Source of the DNA: Macrostomum lignano
Lineage: Eukaryota
NCBI GenBank assembly: GCA_002269645.1
Contig: NIVC01001178.1
Coordinates: forward strand, 62,001-126,000
Direction of reading: 5' to 3'
DNA length: 64,000 bases
Shown in pieces: positions 50,261 to 61,232 of this stretch; within the stretch, counting starts at the first letter, position 1, and each line of letters begins with the position of its first letter. Under the pieces are notes generated by a model, which worked only from the letters and a program-made list of their open reading frames with translations, was not told the origin of the DNA and did no database searches. Made by a program: the position numbers and the translations under genes.

Positions 50261-52062
50261 AAGTGCGTGAGATAAAAGCGATAGAGTGCAATATTTTGCA
50301 AACTAGAAGCAAATCTTTTTTCCTTTTTTTCATGACCAGATTGCATTGTGCGTGTCAGAGAGCAAGTGCAGAGATCGAGAGAGAGAAAATATAATGAAAT
50401 CATAAATGAATATGTTGAAAATATTGTCTCCACAGTCTTGCCAATTTATTTACGAGTTTGGATTACTTTCTGCTGCAGCATTGTACTTTCTCGCCGCCTT
50501 GTTTGAAATTTCCACAAAATTAGCTCATAAATTCACGTTCTGTATGCGAAATAAACATGCGGAATAAATTAATGATTCATCAACAGTGTTATCGATTATC
50601 ATCAGTAGGTACATGTATCATTGCGCTCTGCCATGGAATGGCACCATTGGGGCTGACGAAGAAGTCCCTCAGCAGCATCTGTTGCTCCCGAGCGGAGGCG
50701 CTGCTTCGATTTCCACCCAGATTCCGGGCTGGCATTACCCCGACGCTGCCTGTCACGGTGGATCTCCATGAACCCTCCTGTACCTGGCCGGTGGGCAGTT
50801 CCTGGTCAACACTTCCAGGTGGCATGTAGGACCGAGTTGCTGTAATTTTGGCCTCGTCCTCTATTCGCACGAAGTTATGCAGTACGAATGCGCACCGAAT
50901 AAAGGCCTCAACGTGATCGATTCTCGCTATGACAGGCCGCAGGAAGAGTCGCCAGCGAGTCACCAGGATTCCAAACGCATTTTCAATTGTGCGTCTTGCT
51001 CGAGACAGCCGGTAGTTGAACACTTGCATCTTGTAGTCCAATGGTACCATTCCGCCGCGCCCAGGGAATGGGCGCATGAGATAATTCTTCAGCGGGAAAG
51101 CCTCATCACCGACAATTGCAAATGGCATGACGAGGCTGCTGCCAGAAATGCAGGAAGGCTCCAGGACTTTCACCCATCCAGACTCCAATCCAGCGTACAA
51201 GGCTGAACGTGAGAAGACTCCAGCGTCTCCTTCTCTCCCTGCGCTGCCACTCTCTATGTACGTGAAGATGTAGTTACTGTCGCACATGGCGAGTACCAGT
51301 GAGCTGAACTGTTGCTTGTAATTGAAGTACTGGGAGCCGGTGTTTCTTGGACAATGAACCTTGAAATGCTTGCCGTCAATTGCACCGAGGCAGTTCGGAA
51401 AATGCCACTTTTCCCAGAATCCACCACACTGTAAATTAAAAGTGGCCGCAGAAGTAGCCGGTTGTAAAATAGTCTTTAGTAGCCGGTTGTTGAATTTCTT
51501 AAATCACTTCAAAAATAGTTACATATATTTAGTTTTCATTATCTGCAACCTGCTAGGTATTTTTCATACTGAAAAAATCCGCAGGGAATCCTGACAAAGC
51601 CATGGGAGCTGCATAATTAAAAAGTAGCCAGTTGTACAACGTACAAAGTACCTATACTTAAGATTGGAATTCATTTACAAAAGTCTGTAAAGCAAAGTAT
51701 CTAAATGCATGTGCTTTATGAATAGCATATAAATAACTTGAAGCTTGATAGTTTTATAATTGAAAAAAGATGCTTGTATGTTTTCTTATAATGATTTCTT
51801 TTTAAAAATCAAACACTTTTGCTTGAGCAGAGTGATTATTGCATGCTTAAAATCTCCTAATTGTCAAATTTGTCGAATATTCGTTTTCAGTTTCAGACAA
51901 CTAACTTGCTACAATTATTTCTTTGTGAATAACAGTGTCTGACTGTCTCGTTGCTCTTTGTAGAAACTTTGTATTTTAGCTACTGATAGTTTTTATTTCT
52001 GTCCTAATATTTAGTAAGCCATCCTTATCGTTTTAATTTTTGCCTGTACTGTACTGTAATCA

Positions 52063-54753
52063 ATGGCTCCTGAATTTTACTTGTATAGTTCCAAAGCTAT
52101 TAAGCTTTACTTTGGCTTCATTTTTTTTATGATGGCAAGTCATAACTCCTTGTCCATGTTCACATGTAAATGTGGTTGTAAGAGCACTTCTTTATCCCAG
52201 TTTTTAAAGCATTATCGCCATTATTGTCCTCTCTTGTCCACTAGGTCAGCTGAAATTCAACTGAAGTTTCAGTGTCCATTACAGAATTGTTTTGTATTTT
52301 CATCCTCGAAAGAAGCCACTATCAAGCATATTTCTAGGTTCCACAGTGATACTATCCTAAGTCAAAGCTTAACTGAGCCATTTCAATTTGATGTTACAGA
52401 CATAAGTCCTAGCAATCAAGCCAGTGCCAATGATATGCATATGAATGAACACTTACTGACTGGATCTTCTACAATAAATATGCCTATTGACATTGAGCAA
52501 AACCAGCTTGTACATGCTGAATTTAAAAACCAAGAAGGGTCTAGAGATTTATCAAACCTAGTTAGGCCTCCTGTTTCTATGTTAGCACTAGCCAGGCCAG
52601 AATCATCTGCATGGGAATTGAAAGAAAAGTTAAAATCAAACAGTGGTTGCAACATGGCAAAGTTTTATTTTCAAGCTAGAGATTATTTCAGCTTACCAAA
52701 TAGTACAGCAAGGTCATTAAGTTTACAAGTAAAAGGCATTTTTTCTTCCTTTAGTATATTATATCTATCAACCATTTGTCAATTCCTGAAAGAAAAAGGT
52801 ATTCCAAATAAAACCATCCAAGGGGTCCAAGATTTCTTGCAATTAGAATCATTCTTTGATACTTGCCTTGAAATATTAGAAAGTGATTCACAGTTGTTAA
52901 GTTTTATTAAAGGGCATTATCAATTTGTTGAACCTATTGAAGTACCATTATTTAATAGGAATAGTATTGTTTATATTCCAATCAAAAGCAATATTTCTTC
53001 AGTTTTACAAAATAAATATTTTCAATCTATGATTTTTACTGGGGAATTAAAGGAAAAATCACCTTTCTTTTCTAGTCCATACTTTGAAAATTATATCAAA
53101 CCATTAATTGAAAATGACCCTAAAGATGCTATTTATCTTGCACTATATACAGATGAATTTGAAGTGGCAAACCCAATTGGTAAAGCTAGGTGTAAGCATA
53201 AAATTTATGCAATTTACTATCGAATTTTAAATCTGCCAAAGGAAATTGCATCTCAAGAAAAGTGTTTCTTTTTAGCTTGCTTAGTAAAATATAAAATTAT
53301 TCAAGATAATATCCTCAACCTTGAAGAGCTATATTCTCCTTTGATTGAAGAATTGAATAATCTGTATGACTATGGAATTACATTTGAAGCTTTAAATGGG
53401 GAAAAAATAAATGTTCCAGTTATTGCATGTTTATGTACTGGTGACAACCTATCAATTAATTCACTTGTTGGACTTGGGACAAATTTTGTATCAGGCCAAG
53501 CATGTAGATTTTGTATTGCAAAGGCTACTGACATTGATTTTTGTCTAACTAAGCATGATGACTTAAGTAGAGATGATAGCTGGGACATTAGCATTCAAAC
53601 TGGAATTAAGCAAAACTGTCCATTCAATGGTCTTGGATATGTTACCATGCCTTACTTTTTCCCCCCAGATTTTTTTCATGATTTACTAGAAGGTACATCA
53701 CACTTCGTTGCTTGTCTTGCTATTAAATTCTTATTAAGGCACAAAATCCTAAATTTTGATAATATCAAAAGGCTTTTCAAACTTTTCCCTGTCTCAATGC
53801 CTTCTCTTTTGCCAGCACACATCAACAATAATAGATTGCCATTCTGTGCAGCAGATATGATTCACATTATCCATCGAATGCCTCTATATTTTGGGCCTTA
53901 TGTTCTTTCCAGTAATAATCCAATTAAGTATGATATCATGAATCTTCTATTAATACATTGTGAAGTTCTGGCCATTTTATTATCAACTTTAAATGAAGAA
54001 GAACACAATTCAGACTATATTGCTACCTTAATAAATGAACATAATAACCTAATATACAAAGTATCAAACAATCAATTATCAAAAAAATGTAAACTCCATT
54101 ATATGTTGCATTATCCAGACCTAATCCCTATGTATAATGGATTGAAAGTAGCATGGACAATGAGATTTGAGTCAATCCATCAGTACTTTAAAAAAATAAT
54201 ACCTATAGTACGTTGCTTTAAAAATGTATGTGCAACAGCAGCACAAAGGTTTCAACTGCATCAAGCTATTACAATGTCTACTGTTGAATTTGATGTTCCA
54301 TTGGCTTCAAATTTACAGCAAGTATCACTTGTTAATCTTTTTGATTTTCAAACAATCGAAACCATTGCTAGTTATTTGCAGTTGCCTAGTATAAATGATA
54401 TGCCTAAGGATTGTATTGTAGCAAGTAGTTTAAAAATAGGGTCATTAGAGTTTAAAGCTCCAACTAAGTACAAGTCAATGATTATTTTTCAAAGTAAACA
54501 TCAAGACTTTGATGATTGCTATGATCTAACCCTATCATCACTTTTTAAAATTATATGCATTAAGGGCAAGTGGCTTTTGGTAACAAAAAATTACAATTCC
54601 ATTTTTTTGCCATCATACTTTACTTTTTATTGTAAACCAACATCACAAGTTAATATTATTGATCCAGTACACAAATTTCTCCATCCACCAGTATTTGTAG
54701 ACATAATTGCAGGTAAACACTATGCTATTTTATCTTCCTTTTTGCCCTTCTAA
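52063..54753 (+). CDS. CMC/EnSpm-type transposase with two N-terminal C2H2-like zinc fingers, 896 aa
   Basis: YTDEFEVANPIG, ILNLP, GDNL...CRFC, PDFFHDLLEG, KLHYMLHYP and WTMRFESIHQYFK. Confidence 0.85.
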   Translation: MAPEFYLYSSKAIKLYFGFIFFMMASHNSLSMFTCKCGCKSTSLSQFLKHYRHYCPLLSTRSAEIQLKFQCPLQNCFVFSSSKEATIKHISRFHSDTILSQSLTEPFQFDVTDISPSNQASANDMHMNEHLLTGSSTINMPIDIEQNQLVHAEFKNQEGSRDLSNLVRPPVSMLALARPESSAWELKEKLKSNSGCNMAKFYFQARDYFSLPNSTARSLSLQVKGIFSSFSILYLSTICQFLKEKGIPNKTIQGVQDFLQLESFFDTCLEILESDSQLLSFIKGHYQFVEPIEVPLFNRNSIVYIPIKSNISSVLQNKYFQSMIFTGELKEKSPFFSSPYFENYIKPLIENDPKDAIYLALYTDEFEVANPIGKARCKHKIYAIYYRILNLPKEIASQEKCFFLACLVKYKIIQDNILNLEELYSPLIEELNNLYDYGITFEALNGEKINVPVIACLCTGDNLSINSLVGLGTNFVSGQACRFCIAKATDIDFCLTKHDDLSRDDSWDISIQTGIKQNCPFNGLGYVTMPYFFPPDFFHDLLEGTSHFVACLAIKFLLRHKILNFDNIKRLFKLFPVSMPSLLPAHINNNRLPFCAADMIHIIHRMPLYFGPYVLSSNNPIKYDIMNLLLIHCEVLAILLSTLNEEEHNSDYIATLINEHNNLIYKVSNNQLSKKCKLHYMLHYPDLIPMYNGLKVAWTMRFESIHQYFKKIIPIVRCFKNVCATAAQRFQLHQAITMSTVEFDVPLASNLQQVSLVNLFDFQTIETIASYLQLPSINDMPKDCIVASSLKIGSLEFKAPTKYKSMIIFQSKHQDFDDCYDLTLSSLFKIICIKGKWLLVTKNYNSIFLPSYFTFYCKPTSQVNIIDPVHKFLHPPVFVDIIAGKHYAILSSFLPF

Positions 54754-54989
54754 TCAGTGTCCATAATCTTAAAACTATGTTTTTAAATGTGGAAAAAGAA
54801 TATGCATTGAATCATGGTTTTGATATATAGCAAGATTATGAATTTGTTATAAGAAAAATCTTAAAAAACTGCTGGCCACAATTCCTAAGACAGACCTAAG
54901 ACTATTGTTTCAATATAATGTCTACTTAATGTCCAATGTCTAAGTAATGTCTGAACTCTGAAATTAATCACTTCAAAATTTTATTATTA

Positions 54990-56672
54990 ATGCCCGCAGC
55001 TGAATTCATGCCATTGTACAAAATTTCTGCAGTTGGAAAGGAGAAGAAAGTTCTGATCAACCTGCAAAATTCTGACTTTGACAATTTTGTAACTGCTGGA
55101 TGTACAGCCCTAGGAATCAGCAATGTGCCAAGCCCACTTGTTTGCACAGAGGATGGCTTCGAAATTGCAGATTCTGACACTTGGAAAGCAATCACTGCCG
55201 ATAATCCAAGCAGCCAGGTCTTCCTTTTTAAAGCCTCAAATGTAGAGCCTGAGCCATCAACAGTTTCCAAGGAAATGGGACCTGATAAGGAAAACACTTC
55301 CAGTAGTTCACAGGTTCAAGTCCAAGAAGTCCCTGCCACTTATGAGCTGCCTAGCTATCCAGAGACATTTGTTGAGAAAATAAGCCAGGCAAACACAAAA
55401 GAGAAGGCTGCTGTATTGAAGAATGATCAAGGTTTTGTGAATGCACTGCTCAGGCCAATTATGAATGACATCACAACAAAGTACATCAATGCAACAAAAC
55501 CACACTTAAGCTCAAAAGAGATGAAAGTCTTTTCAAGTGCAATTGTTGGACAGTTTCCTAATCTTGCTGATGCAGAACGGTGGAATCCTGTCAAAGGTGG
55601 ACTTGGTCATACCTTCTGGCGGATTGGAATTCGGCGTCGCATCAGGAATTGGCGTGAAACCACATTTACCAATTCTTCTGACCTGCCACCAAAAATTTTG
55701 GAGATGCGTGAAAAGTTTGGGAGGAAAAGCTCTGATGCTGCTGCTGCCACTGAATCACAAGGTGAGGCTTGTGCCTCTGGATCTAAGCGCCGCCGGCCAC
55801 CTCAATTGGATCCTGAATCTGCTGAAGAAAATTTGCCTTCTGCTGGCCAATCTGAAAGTAGTGACAATGATAAGGACGATGACAACAATGATGATGATGA
55901 GTCCGAAGTTCGAGCTAGTGATCTGGCATCAATGATAGAAGATCATGGGCCAGAAGGGACTCTGGATGGTGATGCAACTGAATCAGCAATGCAGGAGATG
56001 ATTACAAATGGCGAGTTAACTGTTCCTATTGGGACGGCATCTGAGCTGATGAAGACAACTTTCCAACACCGTGTGCAAGCTGCTCAGTACATGACAGTTG
56101 CTCAGCAACTGTCACGTTACCCATTGTTGGGCCATCCTCAACTTTTGTGTGATGAGGCACTCCGCGTCATTGAGTTGTACACCTCTGCCAAGTCCAGTGA
56201 CTACTTGCCACAGTCAAGCACATCTGTTGAATATTTATTTGAGCGCCTAAAATTTCTATTGCTTTGGTTTGGTCGCAGTGCATCTTTGTTTGCTAGGTGC
56301 AAGCGTGCCGGGCCCTATCTTGAGTCCAGTGATGACTCTGATACAAATGTCAAAAGAGGCCTAATGCTGCTGTCAATCAAAGCAAAAGTTGTGTCTTTGG
56401 ATGGCTTCTTCAATGCTAAGCGCCTTGTCAGCATTCAGGCTGAGAACTTCGATGCTCGTTGGACTGGTGTTGCTGTGCCTGGCCATCTGGTGAAAACTGA
56501 CACCGCACTGGAAGCAATTTTAGTTTATGTACTCGTGTTTCCGGCACTAAATCTTAAGCATGACTGCCAAACTGAGAATGCAGTTCAACTAATTGAAATT
56601 TTCATGGGACTTCGAAACCCCAAGCGGACCCGCAATGCCACCGTGAAAAATGTTTCACGAATTCTTCCGTGA
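54990..56672 (+). CDS. Accessory ORF of the inner CMC element, 560 aa, with an N-terminal CIDE-N/PB1-like (beta-grasp) domain
   Basis: Uninterrupted ORF inside the TIRs; LVCTEDGFEIADSDTW resembles the CIDE-N signature; acidic linker. Confidence 0.7.
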   Translation: MPAAEFMPLYKISAVGKEKKVLINLQNSDFDNFVTAGCTALGISNVPSPLVCTEDGFEIADSDTWKAITADNPSSQVFLFKASNVEPEPSTVSKEMGPDKENTSSSSQVQVQEVPATYELPSYPETFVEKISQANTKEKAAVLKNDQGFVNALLRPIMNDITTKYINATKPHLSSKEMKVFSSAIVGQFPNLADAERWNPVKGGLGHTFWRIGIRRRIRNWRETTFTNSSDLPPKILEMREKFGRKSSDAAAATESQGEACASGSKRRRPPQLDPESAEENLPSAGQSESSDNDKDDDNNDDDESEVRASDLASMIEDHGPEGTLDGDATESAMQEMITNGELTVPIGTASELMKTTFQHRVQAAQYMTVAQQLSRYPLLGHPQLLCDEALRVIELYTSAKSSDYLPQSSTSVEYLFERLKFLLLWFGRSASLFARCKRAGPYLESSDDSDTNVKRGLMLLSIKAKVVSLDGFFNAKRLVSIQAENFDARWTGVAVPGHLVKTDTALEAILVYVLVFPALNLKHDCQTENAVQLIEIFMGLRNPKRTRNATVKNVSRILP

Positions 56673-56841
56673 AGGTGACTGAATGAAGGACTTTTGAACC
56701 TGTGACTGATCATGTGATTGATAGCAGGTTGCTTTCATAGAATAATGTATGCAAAAATTCATTAGGTAAATACATATTCTACTATAAAAATAATTTCTTG
56801 ACTGACAAGGACTGAAAGCAACTGATTATCAATCAAAATCA

Positions 56842-58272
56842 AAAGTACTATTTCTTATTTTCATTGCTTGACTCTTTTAAGGTGCTAAACATGCTCTCTG
56901 TGCAATTTTTCATGCTACTAGCTAAACCTTGTTGTTCACTGACTAAAATTAAAGTACTATTTCTTATTTTCATTGCTTGACTCTTTTAAGGTGCTAAACA
57001 TGCTCTCTGTGCAATTTTTCATGCTACTAGCTAAACCTTGTTGTTCACTGACTAAAATTAAAGTACTATTTCTTATTTTCATTGCTTGACTCTTTTAAGG
57101 TGCTAAACATGCTCTCTGTGCAATTTTTCATGCTACTAGCTAAACCTTGTTGTTCACTGACTAAAATTAAAGTACTATTTCTTATTTTCATTGCTTGACT
57201 CTTTTAAGGTGCTAAACATGCTCTCTGTGCAATTTTTCATGCTACTAGCTAAACCTTGTTGTTCACTGACTAAAATTAAAGTACTATTTCTTATTTTCAT
57301 TGCTTGACTCTTTTAAGGTGCTAAACATGCTCTCTGTGCAATTTTTCATGCTACTAGCTAAACCTTGTTGTTCACTGACTAAAATTAAAGTACTATTTCT
57401 TATTTTCATTGCTTGACTCTTTTAAGGTGCTAAACATGCTCTCTGTACAATTTTTCATGCTACTAGCTAAACCTTGTTGTTCACTGACTAAAATTAAAGT
57501 ACTATTTCTTATTTTCATTGCTTGACTCTTTTAAGGTGCTAAACATGCTCTCTGTGCAATTTTTCATGCTACTAGCTAAACCTTGCTGTTCACTGACTAA
57601 AATTAAAGTACTATTTCTTATTTTCATTGCTTGACTCTTTTAAGGTGCTAAACATGCTCTCTGTGCAATTTTTCATGCTACTAGCTAAACCTTGTTGTTC
57701 ACTGACTAAAATTAAAGTACTATTTCTTATTTTCATTGCTTGACTCTTTTAAGGTGCTAAACATGCTCTCTGTGCAATTTTTCATGCTACTAGCTAAACC
57801 TTGTTGTTCACTGACTAAAATTAAAGTACTATTTCTTATTTTCATTGCTTGACTCTTTTAAGGTGCTAAACATGCTCTCTGTGCAATTTTTCATGCTACT
57901 AGCTAAACCTTGTTGTTCACTGACTAAAATTAAAGTACTATTTCTTATTTTCATTGCTTGACTCTTTTAAGGTGCTAAACATGCTCTCTGTGCAATTTTT
58001 CATGCTACTAGCTAAACCTTGTTGTTCACTGACTAAAATTAAAGTACTATTTCTTATTTTCATTGCTTGACTCTTTTAAGGTGCTAAACATGCTCTCTGT
58101 GCAATTTTTCATGCTACTAGCTAAACCTTGTTGTTCACTGACTAAAATTAAAGTACTATTTCTTATTTTCATTGCTTGACTCTTTTAAGGTGCTAAACAT
58201 GCTCTCTGTGCAATTTTTCATGCTACTAGCTAAACCTTGTTGTTCACTGACTAAAATTAAAGTACTATTTCT
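56842..58272. repeat. 109-bp tandem array, 13 near-identical copies plus a partial copy, inside the inner CMC element
   Basis: AAAGTACTATT recurs at 56842, 56951, 57060, 57169 ... 58259. Confidence 0.97.
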
Positions 58273-59448
58273 TTTTTTTTTCACTATTATTAACTAACTA
58301 ACCAACTACATACATCAAATGACCGAAAGAAAGCTGGTTAGTTGAAACGCTCAGGATATTGAAGGAGTAAGTTCTTGGAAGGGCCATATTTTAATCATCA
58401 AAAAGTGGCCTAAAGGGTGCCGGTTGTAATCAGTCGGATAGGTGCCGAAAGTGTCTAATTTTCGGCGCCCTTTTCTACAAAAAAGTGTCACAAGCGGTTA
58501 CTTTTTTAACCTAAAAGTGGCTGCATGCGGCACTTTTTAAAGCCTAGAATTAGCCGCTTGCGGCACCCTAATATTGAAAAAGGCGCCGAAAATTGGACAC
58601 TTTCGGCACCTATCCGGCTACTTACAACCGGCACCCTTCAGGCTACTTTTTCGGCTACTTTTTATTTACAGTGCAGCGATTGCTTTCCATTCTTCTGCAG
58701 ATGCAGGAAACTTTAGATATGTTGACGCCAGCTTGTCGTAGATGGCAATCGCAGTCTCGAACACGACCCCTGACACAGTAGAGCGTCCTCGGCCAAATCG
58801 AAACGACAAGTCGGCTTGGCTGCAACCCGAAGCCAGGTAGCAAAGCGTCATCATTAGCTTCTCCTCTGCCGGAACGGCCTCTTCTTGCACATGGCCAGGA
58901 GAGTTTGGTTGCAACCAGTGAAAACAGATGCTCAAACCGAGCCGGGCGCATGCGCATATACTTGAAGTACATCTCCGAGTCTCTATCTCGCAGATGTGGG
59001 ATCAATCCGGCAAACTCGCCAAGCTCTTCTCTTCGTTGATGACTCGGTCTCCGCTACCATCGCCTAGGGCGGCGGCCTTGCCTGATCAGCCTACGATGTT
59101 GCAGTATCGTTACGATTGCCAGTAGCAGTAGCTTCTTGGCTCGTGAAAGCATGTTTGAAATCTGAATGCTGGTCACGGCTTTTTGGTCAAGATTTTTTAG
59201 ATTGAAAACGCCCTGTCCGAAGCACAGCTAGGGCTAGCACTAGACTGAATTACTTTATATACTCGTAACAGTGGCCAAGGATCAAATATTGCCTATTATC
59301 TTCGCGGGTTAAATTGAACTGCATGGCGATGCATCTATTTGAGGCCGATAGTAGCACCCGCTAAAAGTGCTCGCGCTGAGCTAGCAGATTTCTGAAAATC
59401 AGCTATTAGCTGTGAGCGTCGGCTATTTGCGGAAATGTGAACCAGGCT

Positions 59449-59752
59449 TAATGAGAGATTTCTTCTTTCTCCATCTTCAAGAGATTGTAATGTTTTAGAT
59501 CTCAATGGCATTTGCTATAGGATTGTTAATGTGCTGTGTGACAAAATCAATCAAAATCACCTCATAGTTTGCCAAAGATACAAGTGCAAAAAGTCCTATT
59601 TTGACTATCCTATGGATTCATGCAAAATATCAATTTTTGTTGTATCTGATTTGGATTACAATATCACATGCTTACCTTTGAAGAACATTTCAAAGAAGTT
59701 TTGTGGTATTCCCATAGATTCCGGAATGCTTTTTGTCCCTATGCTTCTTTAG
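59449..59752 (+). pseudogene. C-terminal fragment of a CMC/EnSpm transposase of the outer type
   Basis: LSPSSRDCNV...IVNV...YFDYPMDSCKISIFVVSDL...KKFCGIP...FVPML. Confidence 0.6.
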
Positions 59753-59784
59753 ACAAAATAGTTCTGCTTTGCGCTGCAATTTTC

Positions 59785-61232
59785 AGACTCTTTTTCCATT
59801 GTTCTTTTCACTGAAGTGGATGTGGAGTATGTGAGTGAAAAGTGGCTTATTGGAAGGATACAGTGCAGATGGCCGAAATGTGGATCTGCAGAAATCAAGC
59901 GCCTGCGAAGTCGTCACGCTCCAACATCCAATGATTGGGAATCACATTCCTGTTAACTGCTGTTCTGCACACCTGAGGCCACTGCGAGGTTAAGGTTGGT
60001 GCGAGCTGTTGAGGGTAATGATGACCTTACTCCTGATGCAGATGCTCTGCAATCCCGCGAGTCATTTCCACTTAAAATATTTTGCCACAAGAGCTTTCCT
60101 TTAAAAATAAATAATCGTGTCGATAATCATGCTTCTAAAACAGCAAGCTCCAGTGAGGAGTTGGATGATTCGGATGGAGATCTGTCGAGCTTCTTTGTAC
60201 AGCCGTTTCCAGAAGCCTCCGGTATGCTTCTTTTCTAAGCATAATGCATTGTGGTTTGTTTTAAACATTTTAATTCAACATTTTATTTTGCTATAGTGCC
60301 GACAGTTGCCAGTACAGGCCGATGGGGCGTTTCCTGGTCGAAGTGCGTCTTTTGTGGCGCTGACACCGACAGTTGCCAGTACAGCCGACGGAGCGACTCC
60401 TGGTCGAAATGCATCTTTTGCGGCGCCGACAGTTGCCAGTGTAGCCGACGCAGCGACTCCTGGTCGAAATGCATCTTTTGCGGCGCCGACAGTTGCCAGT
60501 GCAGCCGACGCAGCGACTCCTGGTCGATGCTTTTCGCAACATCAATCGACAGGTATAAGAAAAAATTTTCAATACAAGAATTTTCGTTGAATCTCTTGGG
60601 CGCTTTTGAGTCCTCTATGTTTCTAGCCTTATTTCTTATCATTTCTGTATACTGTGCATTTTTGTAATATTATTGCAGCGTTTGAGCGTGTTGCGCTGAG
60701 AGAGCTCGCAATTATGAAAAAACAACTCGACGATATGGGACGACAAGTTTCTTTCCTTGCTACACGTCGAGGGGGCAGATCAACCTACCTGTGTCGCTGC
60801 CATGTATTTCAATAGATGACTTTAATCTATTGTGCGACTTTGTTGCTACCGATGATGGCAATTTGGAAAATTTGGTAAGAATAATTTTTGTCTTCAATGC
60901 GTAGATAGTACGCAGACATACATATTGTCTAATAAATTATAATTGTTTTATTGCAGAAAAGGCAGATGGCCTGTGTCGGCGGCAAGGATGTGAAGGATGT
61001 GGTGCGTCGGATTATACGCAAACTGCTCACTCCTGCTACAGCATCATTATTTAGCTTCTGTAGACAGCGGGGCAAAAGGGCATTTCGCTCGACACGTCTC
61101 TGGCCGGTTCTACTTGCTGCAGCCAAACTGTCATTGAAGACAAACGACAACGATGTCGAAAATGCTGCAAAGGAACAATTAAAGCATGCCATTGACCCTG
61201 TGCGCAATCGAAAAAGTACACTGCATCCTTAA
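59785..61232 (+). pseudogene. ORF2 of the outer CMC-type element with a C-terminal DUF4806-like domain; contains a stop and a 60-bp coding repeat (60300-60530)
   Basis: N-terminal FSIVLF..VEYVSEKWL...CRWP; C-terminal GGKDVKDVVRRIIRKLLT...FSF...KRAF...VENAAKEQLKHA. The exon structure is only partly resolved. Confidence 0.6.

Larger units (their letters stand above)
51427..58673 (+). mobile_element. CMC/EnSpm-type DNA transposon with two open ORFs (7,247 bp), nested in the Harbinger nuclease gene
   Basis: TIR CACTGTAAATWAAAAGTRGCCG at both ends; 2-bp TSD CA; AGTAGCCGGTTG subterminal repeats. Confidence 0.9.
50589..59152 (-). pseudogene. Harbinger DDE nuclease (HARBI1-like), split into 59152-58674 and 51426-50589
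   Basis: YMRMRPARFEHL, KLMMTLCYLASG, FPNCLGAIDGKH, YFNYK, GDEAFPL and RLSRARRTIENAFGIL. Removing the insert restores KAIAGGFWEKW. The 5' part has a stop and a frameshift. Confidence 0.92.
48983..59448. mobile_element. PIF/Harbinger DNA transposon (defective, interrupted)
   Basis: 26-bp TIR AGCCTGGTTCACATTTCCGCAAATAG with its exact reverse complement ending at 59448; TAA TSD (48980-48982, 59449-59451); convergent MADF gene and nuclease gene. Confidence 0.95.
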
